Assembly: GCA_018238155.1 (NCBI GenBank)
Contig: JABCTZ010000019.1
Coordinates: 64,001-128,000 of the forward strand
DNA: 64,000 bases
Origin: Candidatus Heimdallarchaeota archaeon
GTDB taxonomy: Archaea > Asgardarchaeota > Heimdallarchaeia > JABLTI01
Direction of reading: 5' to 3'
The first letter of the stretch is position 1. The number at the start of each line of letters is the position of its first letter. The position numbers were made by a program, and so were the translations under genes. The notes beneath the pieces are model-generated. The model saw only the letters and a program-made list of their open reading frames with translations, had not been told where the DNA came from and did not search any database. Shown here one piece after another: positions 10,052-20,512 of this stretch.

Positions 10052-10111
10052 AAAAGATGGAATACATTTATGCAAAATCTCATAAGCTTTTCTTTCTGAA
10101 TTAATCCATTA

Positions 10112-12220
10112 TCATATTAATTTTATAATTCCTTCTTTTTCATATTGTTTCATGATTTTTACTAATAATGGAATGCTTACTTCCCCACGCTGTTGCTTTA
10201 CTTTTTCTGCTATTTCTGCTATCGTTCTTCTTCCATCTATCCAAAAAATAGCTGTCTTTACTGTTTGCATCATTTCTTTGTGATCTTTAGCAATTTTCTC
10301 ATATTCCAATTGTTGTTCATAGCTTATATCTAAACGATTTAAGCTTGTTATTGGTCCTCGATATTTCTTTACTGGTATAAGCATCTCTTCTTTAGTATCC
10401 GCTGAATCTTCTTTTCCGTCTGGCTCTTTGGGTGTTATTTTTAAGCTATTTCCAAGTTTAGTTATTATCTCTTTTACTTGAACAAGCTCTTCCTTTGTTA
10501 TTTTGTTGATGAGATTCTCTTCACTTTGAATTAATGCTGTGAAATCCTCTTTGTCATCTTTCTCGGAAAGAAGTTTGGAGATTGATTTTAGTGCTAAAAT
10601 TTCTCTTTCTCTTCTAAAGTCTAACATGCCTTCCAATTTAATCAAATAGTCATAAAGTAGATTTCCTCTTTTTTCCTGATTAACCTCTTTTTGTAATTTT
10701 TCCATCAAGCTACTGGTATATTCTCTACTGAATTTTATTAGCCGTTCTCTACCTTTACTGCCAACTTCTTGAACAATCCATATTATTTCAGAATAACCAG
10801 CATTGGCAATAAAATAACAATAAGTTCCAACAATAGAACCTACAATATCCAACATATCTGTTGAAATTTTATCAAGTGTATCCTCTCCGGTGTGATAATA
10901 TCTGTCTGGCCATTGTATTAGCATAGGCGTTCCAATACCAATATCTGGAAAACCGAGTATTGCGTGGTCTGATCCACCAGAGAATGGTTGATCGTTTGCA
11001 TTTTTGAAAGTAGCAATGGAACCCGTCTCAGTGAAGTTTGTTACTTCTTTTCCCCTTCTATGTAAAATAGCACTAAGAACCTCATTTACATAAGAGGGGC
11101 AGGCATCGTGTGTCCGCTCCATAACTAATGTACGCCCACCACCGATAGATTGATCCGCGCCAACCATATCTGTGTTCAGTGCAGCAACAAAATTCTCTAT
11201 TTTCTTTTCATTACTTGCTAAATAACAAAAGGTTCCAGTAAATTCTGCCATTAACAAAAACCTAATGCTTCTTTTTGGTTTTTCTAATTTTCCGCTTTCA
11301 ATAAGGGAATTTAGTGTTCTGGCAATTTCAATAAGTGTTCCACAACCTGAGGCATTGTCTACTGCTCCTGGTTTTGGATGACAAAGGTGAGCAACAGCAA
11401 GAATTTCTTGACCTTTAATTTTACCTGGAATTGTGAAATCGACTACTTCCATTTCTCCATCGTAAAAACTCGCATCTATCTTTGCATGTAGTTTCACATG
11501 TTTCTGTTTTTTTCCTTCTTTTTTTGTTTCTTTATCAATATTTTTTATTAGATTTCTAAGCTGATTACCTTGTTCTGATGAGAGAACAAAACCAAATGCA
11601 TCTCCTTCATCTCCCTCTGTTCCATACCAAAATGATGTGTACCTACGTGCAGTAGGAAAGTTCTCTCTTGTTCTTACAGGTGGTAATTCACTCACCAAAT
11701 CGTAAATAATACCCGCTGCACCAAGTTTATTTATAGCAAGTAATCGTATTTTTTTCAAATCTGGGTCATCAGTCAGAATGAATTTATTCTTTATATCATA
11801 TTTTTTCATTTCATTTTCGGATAATCCTTTAGGGAGAATTATTACTTCGGCTGATATTCCCTCTTCACCAGTTGCTTTTGAGCGTTGAATAACTGAACAA
11901 GGACTTTCAAAGAATCGGCATAGAATCTTTGCTTTATTTGTAGGTTCTACAAGCTCAAGTGAAGCTGATTTTATACTCCATTCTTTTGGTACCGGACATC
12001 CCCAATATTTGTTATTACCTTTTGCAGGATATTTATGAATTTTAACAAATGGAATTGAATGCTCTTTTAGTTTCTTATTACAAAATTCAGCTGCCTCTCG
12101 AAAACCCGGCGAGGATTGTATGCGATGAAAATTAGCTATTCCCCCGATAAGCTCTTTAGCATTTTTCCCTGAGAATTCTTTTGAAATTTCGGTTAAGATT
12201 TTTTGAAACATTACAAACAT
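10112..12220 (-). CDS. DUF4910-containing M28-like Zn aminopeptidase with PA domain and C-terminal wHTH
   Basis: AHLCHPKPGAVDNASG, AEFTGT, NTDMVG, GGSDH, YYHT. Confidence 0.9.
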   Translation of the reverse strand: MFVMFQKILTEISKEFSGKNAKELIGGIANFHRIQSSPGFREAAEFCNKKLKEHSIPFVKIHKYPAKGNNKYWGCPVPKEWSIKSASLELVEPTNKAKILCRFFESPCSVIQRSKATGEEGISAEVIILPKGLSENEMKKYDIKNKFILTDDPDLKKIRLLAINKLGAAGIIYDLVSELPPVRTRENFPTARRYTSFWYGTEGDEGDAFGFVLSSEQGNQLRNLIKNIDKETKKEGKKQKHVKLHAKIDASFYDGEMEVVDFTIPGKIKGQEILAVAHLCHPKPGAVDNASGCGTLIEIARTLNSLIESGKLEKPKRSIRFLLMAEFTGTFCYLASNEKKIENFVAALNTDMVGADQSIGGGRTLVMERTHDACPSYVNEVLSAILHRRGKEVTNFTETGSIATFKNANDQPFSGGSDHAILGFPDIGIGTPMLIQWPDRYYHTGEDTLDKISTDMLDIVGSIVGTYCYFIANAGYSEIIWIVQEVGSKGRERLIKFSREYTSSLMEKLQKEVNQEKRGNLLYDYLIKLEGMLDFRREREILALKSISKLLSEKDDKEDFTALIQSEENLINKITKEELVQVKEIITKLGNSLKITPKEPDGKEDSADTKEEMLIPVKKYRGPITSLNRLDISYEQQLEYEKIAKDHKEMMQTVKTAIFWIDGRRTIAEIAEKVKQQRGEVSIPLLVKIMKQYEKEGIIKLI

Positions 12221-12349
12221 ACTGTTACTTTACTGTATAAACCTTTTTTACGAAAACATCCACAAATATTATTATATTTTAAATCATTGTAGTGCAAGAA
12301 CAAATCTATCTACTATATGATATTTTGATAGAAAAAGAGAGTGTATTAG

Positions 12350-13621
12350 TTGAATGAAACAGAATTCCCTTTGAAACCATTACCTGAGAGAGACGATCTC
12401 TATTTTCCAGATCTAGATTTGAATATTTCTAAAGTCGTACCTACAGCCTTGTCCTTATTAGGAATGGATTTTGATACAAGCAAATTACTGAATAAATATT
12501 TGGAACGAAAAGAAGGTTGGAAAACTATTAAAAGTTCGAAAATATCAAAGGTTGTGGTTCTTGTTTTAGATGCTTTGGGTTTTGAATCCTTTAAGCGTTA
12601 TTCCTTATTGCTTAAGAATTGTTATAAAAGAAACGGTGTTGCTATTTCTTCTGTATTTCCAACGATTACAAGCACCTGTATGGTTACAATTCATCAAGGA
12701 TCAATGCCAATAAAACATGGTATTGTAGGACAAAAAATACGTTTTACTGAGATTGGCACTATTGTTGATACTTTGACCCTAAGAACAAAAGATACTCGTT
12801 TTGGTAATCTTGAAACTGCCGGTGTTAAGGTTAAAAATTTTCTCTGGGAAGATTTTCTTCTAAATGATAATAGTCCAATCATTAGTATAGATTTGATAGA
12901 AAATCACATAGCAAATACTGGTCTATCTCATTTGTTGCATGAACATCCTCATTCTATTGGATATTCCAGCCATGTTGATTGTTTTGCCGCTGCTAAAAGA
13001 ATTCTAGAAACACCTGTAAATCGTCCTCTGTTTTTAAAAATCTATATTGGATCAATTGATAGTATCTCTCATAGATATACTACTGACAGTCATGTATTAG
13101 AGGACGAAATTAGAAGTATTGAAGAGATATTATTCAAGTTCTTCGAACGATTAGACTCTCAAATTGCTTCAGAAACGGCTATTTTTATAACCGCTGATCA
13201 TGGACAAGAAAATTTAACTCCTGAAAAGAAAATAGTGGTCACAGAAGAAGAGGAGGATTATTTGAAAAACTTGCTTGAATCAAGAGGAAGAAGCGGGAGG
13301 GTAGTTCATTTGTTTTCTCGACCTGGAAAACACGAAGCGGTTGTTCAATGGTTTAAAGTTAAAATTGGTGATAATGGTGTTGTCCTTACTCCTAACATGT
13401 ACCCTGATTTTATGGGTGAGGGTGCTAATTCTTCAAAAGTAATAGACCGTATTGGTGATGTTCAAGTGGTGTTGGGTAAAAATGCTTCAATATTCTTTGG
13501 TCATTCTGGTGATTATGATACGACATTCCATTTAGGTTTAAATGCAACTCATGGCTCATTAAGCAGAGATGAATTAATTGTTCCACTATTATTTGGAAGA
13601 ATAGCTGATTTTGTAAAATAA
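12350..13621 (+). CDS. Alkaline phosphatase superfamily (nucleotide pyrophosphatase/phosphodiesterase-like)
   Basis: LVLDALG, SVFPTIT, D..SH, ITADHGQ, HGSLS..E..VPL. Confidence 0.88.
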   Translation: MNETEFPLKPLPERDDLYFPDLDLNISKVVPTALSLLGMDFDTSKLLNKYLERKEGWKTIKSSKISKVVVLVLDALGFESFKRYSLLLKNCYKRNGVAISSVFPTITSTCMVTIHQGSMPIKHGIVGQKIRFTEIGTIVDTLTLRTKDTRFGNLETAGVKVKNFLWEDFLLNDNSPIISIDLIENHIANTGLSHLLHEHPHSIGYSSHVDCFAAAKRILETPVNRPLFLKIYIGSIDSISHRYTTDSHVLEDEIRSIEEILFKFFERLDSQIASETAIFITADHGQENLTPEKKIVVTEEEEDYLKNLLESRGRSGRVVHLFSRPGKHEAVVQWFKVKIGDNGVVLTPNMYPDFMGEGANSSKVIDRIGDVQVVLGKNASIFFGHSGDYDTTFHLGLNATHGSLSRDELIVPLLFGRIADFVK

Positions 13622-13691
13622 TGAAAAGAAAGAAAAAGGATTAACCACGGTCGATTCCTATTTCGTCAACCGTGCAATTTGGGGAGAAAAC

Positions 13692-13985
13692 CTATTTCTT
13701 TTTGCTAATAGTAATCTCAATTGCTGAGACATTAGCTGTTCCACCTTCGCGTCGTTCAATTTTCTCAGTGCTAATTTCAATTTTCTTAATTTGAGCATCT
13801 GTTACGAATCGATGACGAATAATTTCAGCAGTATCAACAGCACGGCTAATAGCACGCCCTCTTGCTTTCAAAATTAAATCTTGATTGCCTTCGTTCAGTT
13901 GAGTAATACAAGCGAGAACGTAGGACATAACGGTTTTAGAGCCAATGAATACAACATTGGGTTCGGATGCTTTGGATTTTGACAT
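13692..13985 (-). CDS. albA: DNA/RNA-binding protein Alba
   Basis: [35 protein letters not shown]. Confidence 0.97.
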   Translation of the reverse strand: MSKSKASEPNVVFIGSKTVMSYVLACITQLNEGNQDLILKARGRAISRAVDTAEIIRHRFVTDAQIKKIEISTEKIERREGGTANVSAIEITISKKK

Positions 13986-14114
13986 TGTAGAATCACCTAA
14001 GTAGTCGATGTGTTATTTGTGATTGTCAATCAACCAGCTTATGAAAATATATCTTTTTCTGTTGGTTTAGTTGATTTTAAGAAAAAAATAGCTAAAAAAC
14101 AAGATGAATATCAC

Positions 14115-14957
14115 TTATTCATCTTTTCCTGCGTAAGCTTTCAATAAATCAAAATCACGTATCATGCCAATGATATCTCCTTTTGAATTGATAACTGGCA
14201 TTTGGTAAAGGGCCATTCGTCTCATCTTCTTTGCCACATCACTAAGAGTAGCTTTACTGAAGGTGGTAACAACTTCTTTGGTCATGATTTCTTTTAATGG
14301 TGTACTTGGCAAAGTCAAATCTTTTGTATGGATAATAATAGTTGAAACAGCGTCCCAACTTCCTTCTTTTCCTTCACCAGTAGTATTATCACTTCTTTTT
14401 TCGCTGCTCACAGCTTCAAAGAATTTAACAAAATCAACTACAGTGATTATACCAACCATTGCTGCTTTATCGTCAAAAACTAATGCTGATTCTGCTTCAG
14501 CAAAGGCCATCATTTTCTGAGCAACTGGTAATGGAGTTTCTTGCCATATACTTAAAACGGAACTGGACATGTATTCTTCAATTGTTTTTTCAGAAGATGT
14601 TATTGCAATTACTTTAGCAATTATATCTCCAATAGTAATCATTCCAATAAATCCTCTGGAGTTTATCACCGGCATTTGTCTGAAATCATTTTCAGTCATT
14701 ATTTTGATTGCTTCTGAAATTGCTGTTTTTGGAGAAATTGTCCTTGGATTTTTCGTCATTAAAAGTGCTAATTGGGTTTCAGATGGTTTACTTACAATAT
14801 CAGTTTCGGTAATAATTCCAACCACTTGTTTTGTACCTTCTTTTAAAACGGGAAAACTGGTTATTTCATGTTCTCGTATTAATTCAAATAAATCATCTCT
14901 TGAACCTGGAACTATAGCACATACCGGATCAGTAGTCATTACATCTTGGACTTTCAA
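14115..14957 (-). CDS. Four-CBS-domain protein
   Basis: Repeated IMT/VMT..PV..GIIT..D CBS pattern; TTG start with GGAGG SD. Confidence 0.9.
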   Translation of the reverse strand: MKVQDVMTTDPVCAIVPGSRDDLFELIREHEITSFPVLKEGTKQVVGIITETDIVSKPSETQLALLMTKNPRTISPKTAISEAIKIMTENDFRQMPVINSRGFIGMITIGDIIAKVIAITSSEKTIEEYMSSSVLSIWQETPLPVAQKMMAFAEAESALVFDDKAAMVGIITVVDFVKFFEAVSSEKRSDNTTGEGKEGSWDAVSTIIIHTKDLTLPSTPLKEIMTKEVVTTFSKATLSDVAKKMRRMALYQMPVINSKGDIIGMIRDFDLLKAYAGKDE

Positions 14958-15103
14958 ATTGGCACATCCTCCGTTGATTTGTTTTTATTTACCTCTGAGA
15001 ATGATAAAAATATCATAACTTATGTGAACTATATTTTAGCTCTTAAAAAGAGTTTTTACACTCTTTACATAGTTATTTGCTTTCCTATCTAATAAACTTC
15101 TCA

Positions 15104-16129
15104 TTAACATACACGTGGTATCTGTTCACCAATAGGCTTTTCAATTATTCTGTGACCACCGACAAGTGTTTTTGATATCACATATCCTGGTCGTTCTTCT
15201 CGGACTTCACCAATTATTGCTGCTGCTTCTCCATGTGGTACTTTTTTTATTGCTTCTAAAATCTCGACTGCTTTATCTGCTTTGACGCCAATGATTACTC
15301 TGCCTTCACAAGTAACACCTAGAGGTTCTAATCCTAGCATTTCGCTCGCAGCATTTACAGCAGGTTTGATTGGTATTTTCTCATCTTCAACCCAAATACT
15401 CACTTTCGATTTTTCTGCTAATTCATTTAATGCAGAAGCTAATCCTCCTCGAGTAGGATCTTTCATTGAAATTACTCCACCTATTTCTAATGCGGTATTT
15501 ACAATATCTTGAACTGATGCAACATCTGAGATCAATTCCGTATCAAATGAAATTCCTTCTCTGCCTGCCATTAATGCAATTCCATGATCACCAACAGTTC
15601 CGGAGACAATTATTTTATCACCAGGCTTCAAATTTGAATCCCTAATATCTAAATTATCGTCTTCAATAATGCCAATACCAGAAGTAATAACCACAATTTG
15701 ATCTAAGGTTCCTTTTGGCATTACTTTAGTATCTCCCGCGATAATTGCAACATTTGTTTGTTTTGCGGTTTCCGCCATTGAATCTACGATTCTCTGTAAA
15801 TCCTTAATAGCAAATCCTTCCTCTATAATCAAGCTTGAAAGTATAGCAATGGGTCTTCCTCCCATAACACAAATATCATTTACGGTTCCCGTTATTGCTA
15901 GCTGCCCAAGGTCTCCACCTGGAAAGAAAATTGGATGAACTGTATGTCCATCAATGGATGTAACTATTCGTTTATCTCCTATTTGAATAGTTGCTCCATC
16001 ATCTTTTTCATCAAGACCAATGCCATCACCAACTTTTCTTAAAGAGATGTTTTTCATAATAAGCTCTAAAAGCTCATCCATTTTTGTTCCGCCAGCACCA
16101 TGGGCAATATCAATATGTTCCGGTAACAT
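15104..16129 (-). CDS. hypE: [NiFe]-hydrogenase maturation carbamoyl dehydratase HypE
   Basis: AHGAGG, PIFFPGGDLG.LA..GTVND, GDTKV, MKDPTRGG, C-terminal PRVC. Confidence 0.96.
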   Translation of the reverse strand: MLPEHIDIAHGAGGTKMDELLELIMKNISLRKVGDGIGLDEKDDGATIQIGDKRIVTSIDGHTVHPIFFPGGDLGQLAITGTVNDICVMGGRPIAILSSLIIEEGFAIKDLQRIVDSMAETAKQTNVAIIAGDTKVMPKGTLDQIVVITSGIGIIEDDNLDIRDSNLKPGDKIIVSGTVGDHGIALMAGREGISFDTELISDVASVQDIVNTALEIGGVISMKDPTRGGLASALNELAEKSKVSIWVEDEKIPIKPAVNAASEMLGLEPLGVTCEGRVIIGVKADKAVEILEAIKKVPHGEAAAIIGEVREERPGYVISKTLVGGHRIIEKPIGEQIPRVC

Positions 16130-16306
16130 TTTCTTCAGCTCGAGAATACTCAACATCCAAATGGATTTTGGAGTATAATAAATGGGTATAGATTCCTTCA
16201 TATATTTAGAATTAGTGATTTTTTTCATATATAAAGAGTCGAAAATTTGACTAAACTTTTTAATCGGAAAATATTCTCAGTAATAAGAAAATACTTGGTG
16301 AATTAT

Positions 16307-16597
16307 ATGAGTAAAATAAAAGCATCCCATATTTTAGTTCCAAAACAAGGACAAGCACAAGAAATACTTAATCAGTTGCAATCAGTTCCAACTGGAAGAA
16401 GAGCTGATCTCTTCAAAAAACTAGCTAAGAGTAAATCTACTTGTTCTTCTGCAAAAAAAGGTGGTAGTCTTGGTTCCTTTGGTCGCGGTCAAATGGTTAG
16501 AGAATTCGATAAAGCTGTCTTTGCTTTAGAAGTAGGTCAAATGTCTGGTTTAGTTAAAACAAAGTTTGGCTATCATATCATTTTACGGACCGGATAG
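16307..16597 (+). CDS. Single-domain parvulin peptidyl-prolyl isomerase
   Basis: ASHILV, S.C.S..KGGSLG.FGRGQMV.EF, VKTKFGYHII; GGTGA SD before ATG 16307. Confidence 0.93.
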   Translation: MSKIKASHILVPKQGQAQEILNQLQSVPTGRRADLFKKLAKSKSTCSSAKKGGSLGSFGRGQMVREFDKAVFALEVGQMSGLVKTKFGYHIILRTG

Positions 16598-16649
16598 GTT
16601 CTTGTCTTTTGACACTCTTCTTTTTTTTCTCTTATGCGAAATTGACTTG

Positions 16650-16853
16650 TTAGTTGTTAGCTTTAAACCAATGAACACAATTAACTGGGCAATCATCAAT
16701 CACTTTTTGAACTGCAGCTGGTTTCGCATTAGTTGGTCCATACACTTCAGATATACCTTCTGGTGTTAACCTGAAAACCTCTGGAAGGGATAAAGTGCAA
16801 AGACCACATCCAGCACACTCATAACGATTTATTCGTGGTACTTTAATCATCAT
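16650..16853 (-). CDS. Single-cluster ferredoxin
   Basis: CAGCGLC..PEVF...CPVNC; exact start uncertain. Confidence 0.88.
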   Translation of the reverse strand: MMIKVPRINRYECAGCGLCTLSLPEVFRLTPEGISEVYGPTNAKPAAVQKVIDDCPVNCVHWFKANN

Positions 16854-17010
16854 TATAATCATCTTAGAGAAGTTTCTTGATATAGATTGAGAAGGTCTTT
16901 ATTTTTCTTTTGCCTACAATTAATTACTGAATATTGTGATTTAAAATGAAAAAAATAAGGTGGAAAGAAGAATTCTTCCCAAACAATGAAAAAATTGTTT
17001 GATTATTCTC

Positions 17011-18165
17011 CTATTCTAGGTTTTCCTTACCTCGTTTGAATGCTTTTGTCATTTTCTTTCCTAACCCTTTCTGTTCAATAATTTCCATTTGATCGTGCTG
17101 ATATAATTCACGCATTTTTGCAGTATATTCTTCAACTTCAGCAATTGGATATTTAGTGAATAAGTGACAGCGAACTGTATGTTGAGGTGCTACTTGTCTT
17201 AGTAATGGAATATCAGTTTTACATAATTCCATTGTGTGAGAACACCTTGGATGGAATCGACAACCAGGGGGAGGAGTGATTAAACTTGGAATAGAACCAG
17301 GAATAATAGTTAACTCATCATCCTTTCTTGTCTCAGGTTTTGGAATTGCGCCTAATAAAGCAATAGTGTAAGGATGCATTGGATTCTTGAACAATTCAAT
17401 GGTTGTAGCATATTCTACAATATATCCTGCGTACATAACTGTTGTATAATCACAAAGTTCTGCAATTACTCCAAGATCGTGAGTAATAAGCATAATTGAC
17501 ATATTGAATTCATTTCGAATTGCTTTGAAAATGTTCAAAATTTGTGCTTGAATAGTGACGTCAAGAGCAGTTGTTGGTTCATCTGCTACAAGTAATTCTG
17601 GGTTGCATGAGAGAGCCATTGCAATCATAACTCTTTGTCTCATACCTCCTGAGAACATAAATGGATAATCGTCAACTCGATCGGCAGCACTTGGAATTCC
17701 TACAAGATCCATAATCTTGATAGAATTTTCTCTTGCAGTTTGAAGATCAACATCTTGGTGCAATCGAATTGCCTCCATGATTTGGTCTCCAACAGTTAGT
17801 ACTGGATTGAGAGAAGTCATTGGGTCTTGGAAAATCATTGCAATTTTGTTTCCTCTGATAGTTCGCATTTCTGCATCAGATTTCTTTCTAAGATCTTCAC
17901 CTCTGAACCAAACTTCACCTTCAATGATTTTTCCAGGAGGGTCTGGTACAATTCCCATAACTGATAGTGCGCTTACTGATTTTCCACAACCAGATTCGCC
18001 TACAATACCAAGAGTTTTGGATTCGTAAACTTTATAGCCTACGTTTTCAAGTGCTTTTACTACGCCTTCTTCTGTAAAGAAATAAGTCCTAATACCACGG
18101 ACATCTAATAAAACGCCTTCTTCTTCTGGGGGGCGTAATTCTTCTTGAAATGTCATGTCGCTCAT
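17011..18165 (-). CDS. Oligopeptide/dipeptide ABC transporter ATPase (OppD/DppD type)
   Basis: [25 protein letters not shown]-terminal GCRFHPRC. Confidence 0.95.
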   Translation of the reverse strand: MSDMTFQEELRPPEEEGVLLDVRGIRTYFFTEEGVVKALENVGYKVYESKTLGIVGESGCGKSVSALSVMGIVPDPPGKIIEGEVWFRGEDLRKKSDAEMRTIRGNKIAMIFQDPMTSLNPVLTVGDQIMEAIRLHQDVDLQTARENSIKIMDLVGIPSAADRVDDYPFMFSGGMRQRVMIAMALSCNPELLVADEPTTALDVTIQAQILNIFKAIRNEFNMSIMLITHDLGVIAELCDYTTVMYAGYIVEYATTIELFKNPMHPYTIALLGAIPKPETRKDDELTIIPGSIPSLITPPPGCRFHPRCSHTMELCKTDIPLLRQVAPQHTVRCHLFTKYPIAEVEEYTAKMRELYQHDQMEIIEQKGLGKKMTKAFKRGKENLE

Positions 18166-18423
18166 TTTGTTTTTCTCCGAAACAAGTTCGTTAAGCATTC
18201 CGTCAAATATTTTTTTACTCTTATGTTCTATTAAAGAATTTTCATCTATTTAATTTGTTACTATTAGTTTGTGGTTTTACTCGCGAATTTAGTCAAATTA
18301 AACAGACTTCTTCACTTAATTTTTTTATTAAGCAGTTTCTATTATAAAATCAAATTTAAAATTGTTATGTTTGTTCTGTGGTTTCACTTTTTAAGTATAT
18401 TAGCTGAAGAAACAGTTCAAGCA

Positions 18424-19119
18424 TTACTTTTCTATGTTAGAGACATTTCCATTCTTATTGAATGATATATTTTCCAGAGCAGGCTTGATAGCTCGATTCA
18501 TAATCTCTGGAACGAATGCAAAGAAGATTGTATTACTTGCTACTCGAATAGCTGTTACAGGTAAACCAATTGCTAAGCTAGCAAAATAGCTGATAAATTG
18601 TAAATCCAGAAAAATTATCATTCCAATATTTACTAACAAATCATAGCTTAACGTAAGCAAACCACCAATGATTCCGATGAAAATTCTCCAAGAAAAGGAT
18701 GAATTTGCATGAAATATTCTACTTAGCAATCCTCCACTTATTCCTACTAGAAGAAAGCCAAGAATTTTGAAAGGAAAAATGGGTAAACCAACACCAAGAA
18801 AAGCGCTGACAATAATTTCAAAAAGTATTGTAGAGAAGATTGCTTGGATAGCACCAAATTTTGGTCCTAATGTTAATCCTCCCAAGAAAATCGTTAAGGT
18901 CATTAATTCAAAGTATGGGATCCAGATAAAGGAGATTGATAATACTGGACCAAGAGCAGTAAAAATCGCCAAGATAGCTATTTTTAGTGATATTCGTTGC
19001 GGTGAATAGTCTTGCAATACTTCTTCCGTTTCAGCAATTCTATTTGAAAGCCTTTCCTCAGAAAGGTCATTGTCTTCCTCTCTGAGAGTGGTCTCTTGAT
19101 TATCAATTGATTGTTGCAT
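18424..19119 (-). CDS. ECF transporter S component (CbrT-like)
   Basis: About six TMs; IAILAIFTAL (AxxxA), IP.FE..T...F..G...GP..G. Confidence 0.75.
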   Translation of the reverse strand: MQQSIDNQETTLREEDNDLSEERLSNRIAETEEVLQDYSPQRISLKIAILAIFTALGPVLSISFIWIPYFELMTLTIFLGGLTLGPKFGAIQAIFSTILFEIIVSAFLGVGLPIFPFKILGFLLVGISGGLLSRIFHANSSFSWRIFIGIIGGLLTLSYDLLVNIGMIIFLDLQFISYFASLAIGLPVTAIRVASNTIFFAFVPEIMNRAIKPALENISFNKNGNVSNIEK

Positions 19120-19126
19120 TCAAGTA

Positions 19127-19876
19127 TCAACTTCTTCTTCGATTTATCTTCAAAGTAAGGGTTAGTAATGATATTGATACTAAGAAACATATTAGTCCGG
19201 GTTGTGGTACACTGGGTGTAATTGAAGGAAGTGGTATTGATGAACTACTCAAGTGTATTTCCAAATTAAACCCAAATGCGCTTGTTTTTCCAAAAACAAG
19301 AACACCAGTTTCTATTTCATATACTAATTCTGTTTGTTGTGAACTATCATTGAGTTTGAATTTGACTGTGCTAACTTCCTTTCCAAGAATAGTGGCTTTC
19401 GAATCTGTGTCAATAGTGATGTTAACGTTAGCACTAAAGGGAGTAACTTCTCCTAATGTCATCCAATCTTTCTCAAGAGAAATTAGTCCTCCAACCCAAG
19501 GATAATAAGAAAATGCTAAGTTTGTACCAATTGCATGATCATTGGTCGCCAATGATAAATTACCCATATTCAAACTTCCTTTAGTGTAATCTTTGTTTTC
19601 AATTTGGATAACATCATTAACATTGTATGATATCTCATCATTAATATTTGCATGCCAATTTGCAATTGTAAACCATAACGTGCTATTAATCCATATATTT
19701 GTACCAGTGGATATATCATCTATCACCCAGCTGAAACTTTCTCCTGGATATAATACAACAGGTAAACTTCCTGAAGCGAATTTTTGATTGTTTGTTAAAC
19801 CAAAAGTCATTTGTAACAATATAATAACAAAAAAAATTTTGCTAATTCTCAGTGTTCTTTTTGATGGATAAGACAT
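19127..19876 (-). CDS. Exported protein with C-terminal TM anchor
   Basis: Signal peptide-like N-terminus, beta-rich body, Pro/Ser linker, TM then basic tail. Confidence 0.75.
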   Translation of the reverse strand: MSYPSKRTLRISKIFFVIILLQMTFGLTNNQKFASGSLPVVLYPGESFSWVIDDISTGTNIWINSTLWFTIANWHANINDEISYNVNDVIQIENKDYTKGSLNMGNLSLATNDHAIGTNLAFSYYPWVGGLISLEKDWMTLGEVTPFSANVNITIDTDSKATILGKEVSTVKFKLNDSSQQTELVYEIETGVLVFGKTSAFGFNLEIHLSSSSIPLPSITPSVPQPGLICFLVSISLLTLTLKINRRRS

Positions 19877-19889
19877 TTTTCTTCCTCTA

Positions 19890-20354
19890 TTATGTTTTAA
19901 AAATCCAGCTTACAATTGTGCTTTCAAATGCTCGTAAATTATATCTATCTGCAGCAACATTGCCTGATTCATCGTCAACCAAATATTGCCAATTATGCGT
20001 TAAATCTTCAGTAACTCCTCCAATGCTAGTAATATATTTGCCATTTGGGTAGTCTTCATATTCTACTGTTAGATTTGCATAAAGAAGAATAGAGTATGCT
20101 GTAGCAGATCGATTTGTTGGAATTGTTATTGTTATATTGATGGTTTGCCGTTCGTCGTTAAAATCAACAAACAATTGCACAGTAATTTCTCCCTCGATAT
20201 CGTTATTAACGCCATATCCAATTTTCTCTCTTAGAGAATCCGGTAAAATTCCATTAAAAGGTCCAAAGAGCAATCCTGACGTGATAACTAGAACAATTAT
20301 TGTTCCACCAATTATCGAAAGTATCTTGTGATTCTTTGAAATGAAATCCTTCAT
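19890..20354 (-). CDS. DUF4430 (transcobalamin C-terminal-like) membrane-anchored protein
   Basis: G.YITSIGGV.....NWQYLVD......AAD.Y. Confidence 0.85.
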   Translation of the reverse strand: MKDFISKNHKILSIIGGTIIVLVITSGLLFGPFNGILPDSLREKIGYGVNNDIEGEITVQLFVDFNDERQTINITITIPTNRSATAYSILLYANLTVEYEDYPNGKYITSIGGVTEDLTHNWQYLVDDESGNVAADRYNLRAFESTIVSWIFKT

Positions 20355-20512
20355 CTGTTTTACCCTCTTTTTTGATTTGCGTTATAAATGGGTTAATTTA
20401 ACCTATTTATTAACTTTCAGTCAGCACAGACGTAAATTCAGAAGAGAAAAAATATTCCGAAAGTTTTTAAGTGAAAATTGTTATACTTGGCTTATAATTC
20501 TGAGGGAAGACT

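Noticed and set aside
2271-12220. Pseudogene and intact peptidase 3' end as attL/attR target duplication
   Set aside because: The copies are clearly diverged at DNA and protein level; no identical repeat and no integrase seen
13640-13690. SECIS element 3' of alba
   Set aside because: No in-frame TGA in alba or its neighbours and no SECIS core motif
16231-16248. AAGAGTCGAAA motif shared with ~43204-43214
   Set aside because: Only two short copies upstream of unrelated genes; could be chance
20355-20512. Cobalamin riboswitch upstream of DUF4430
   Set aside because: AT-rich region with no B12-box consensus
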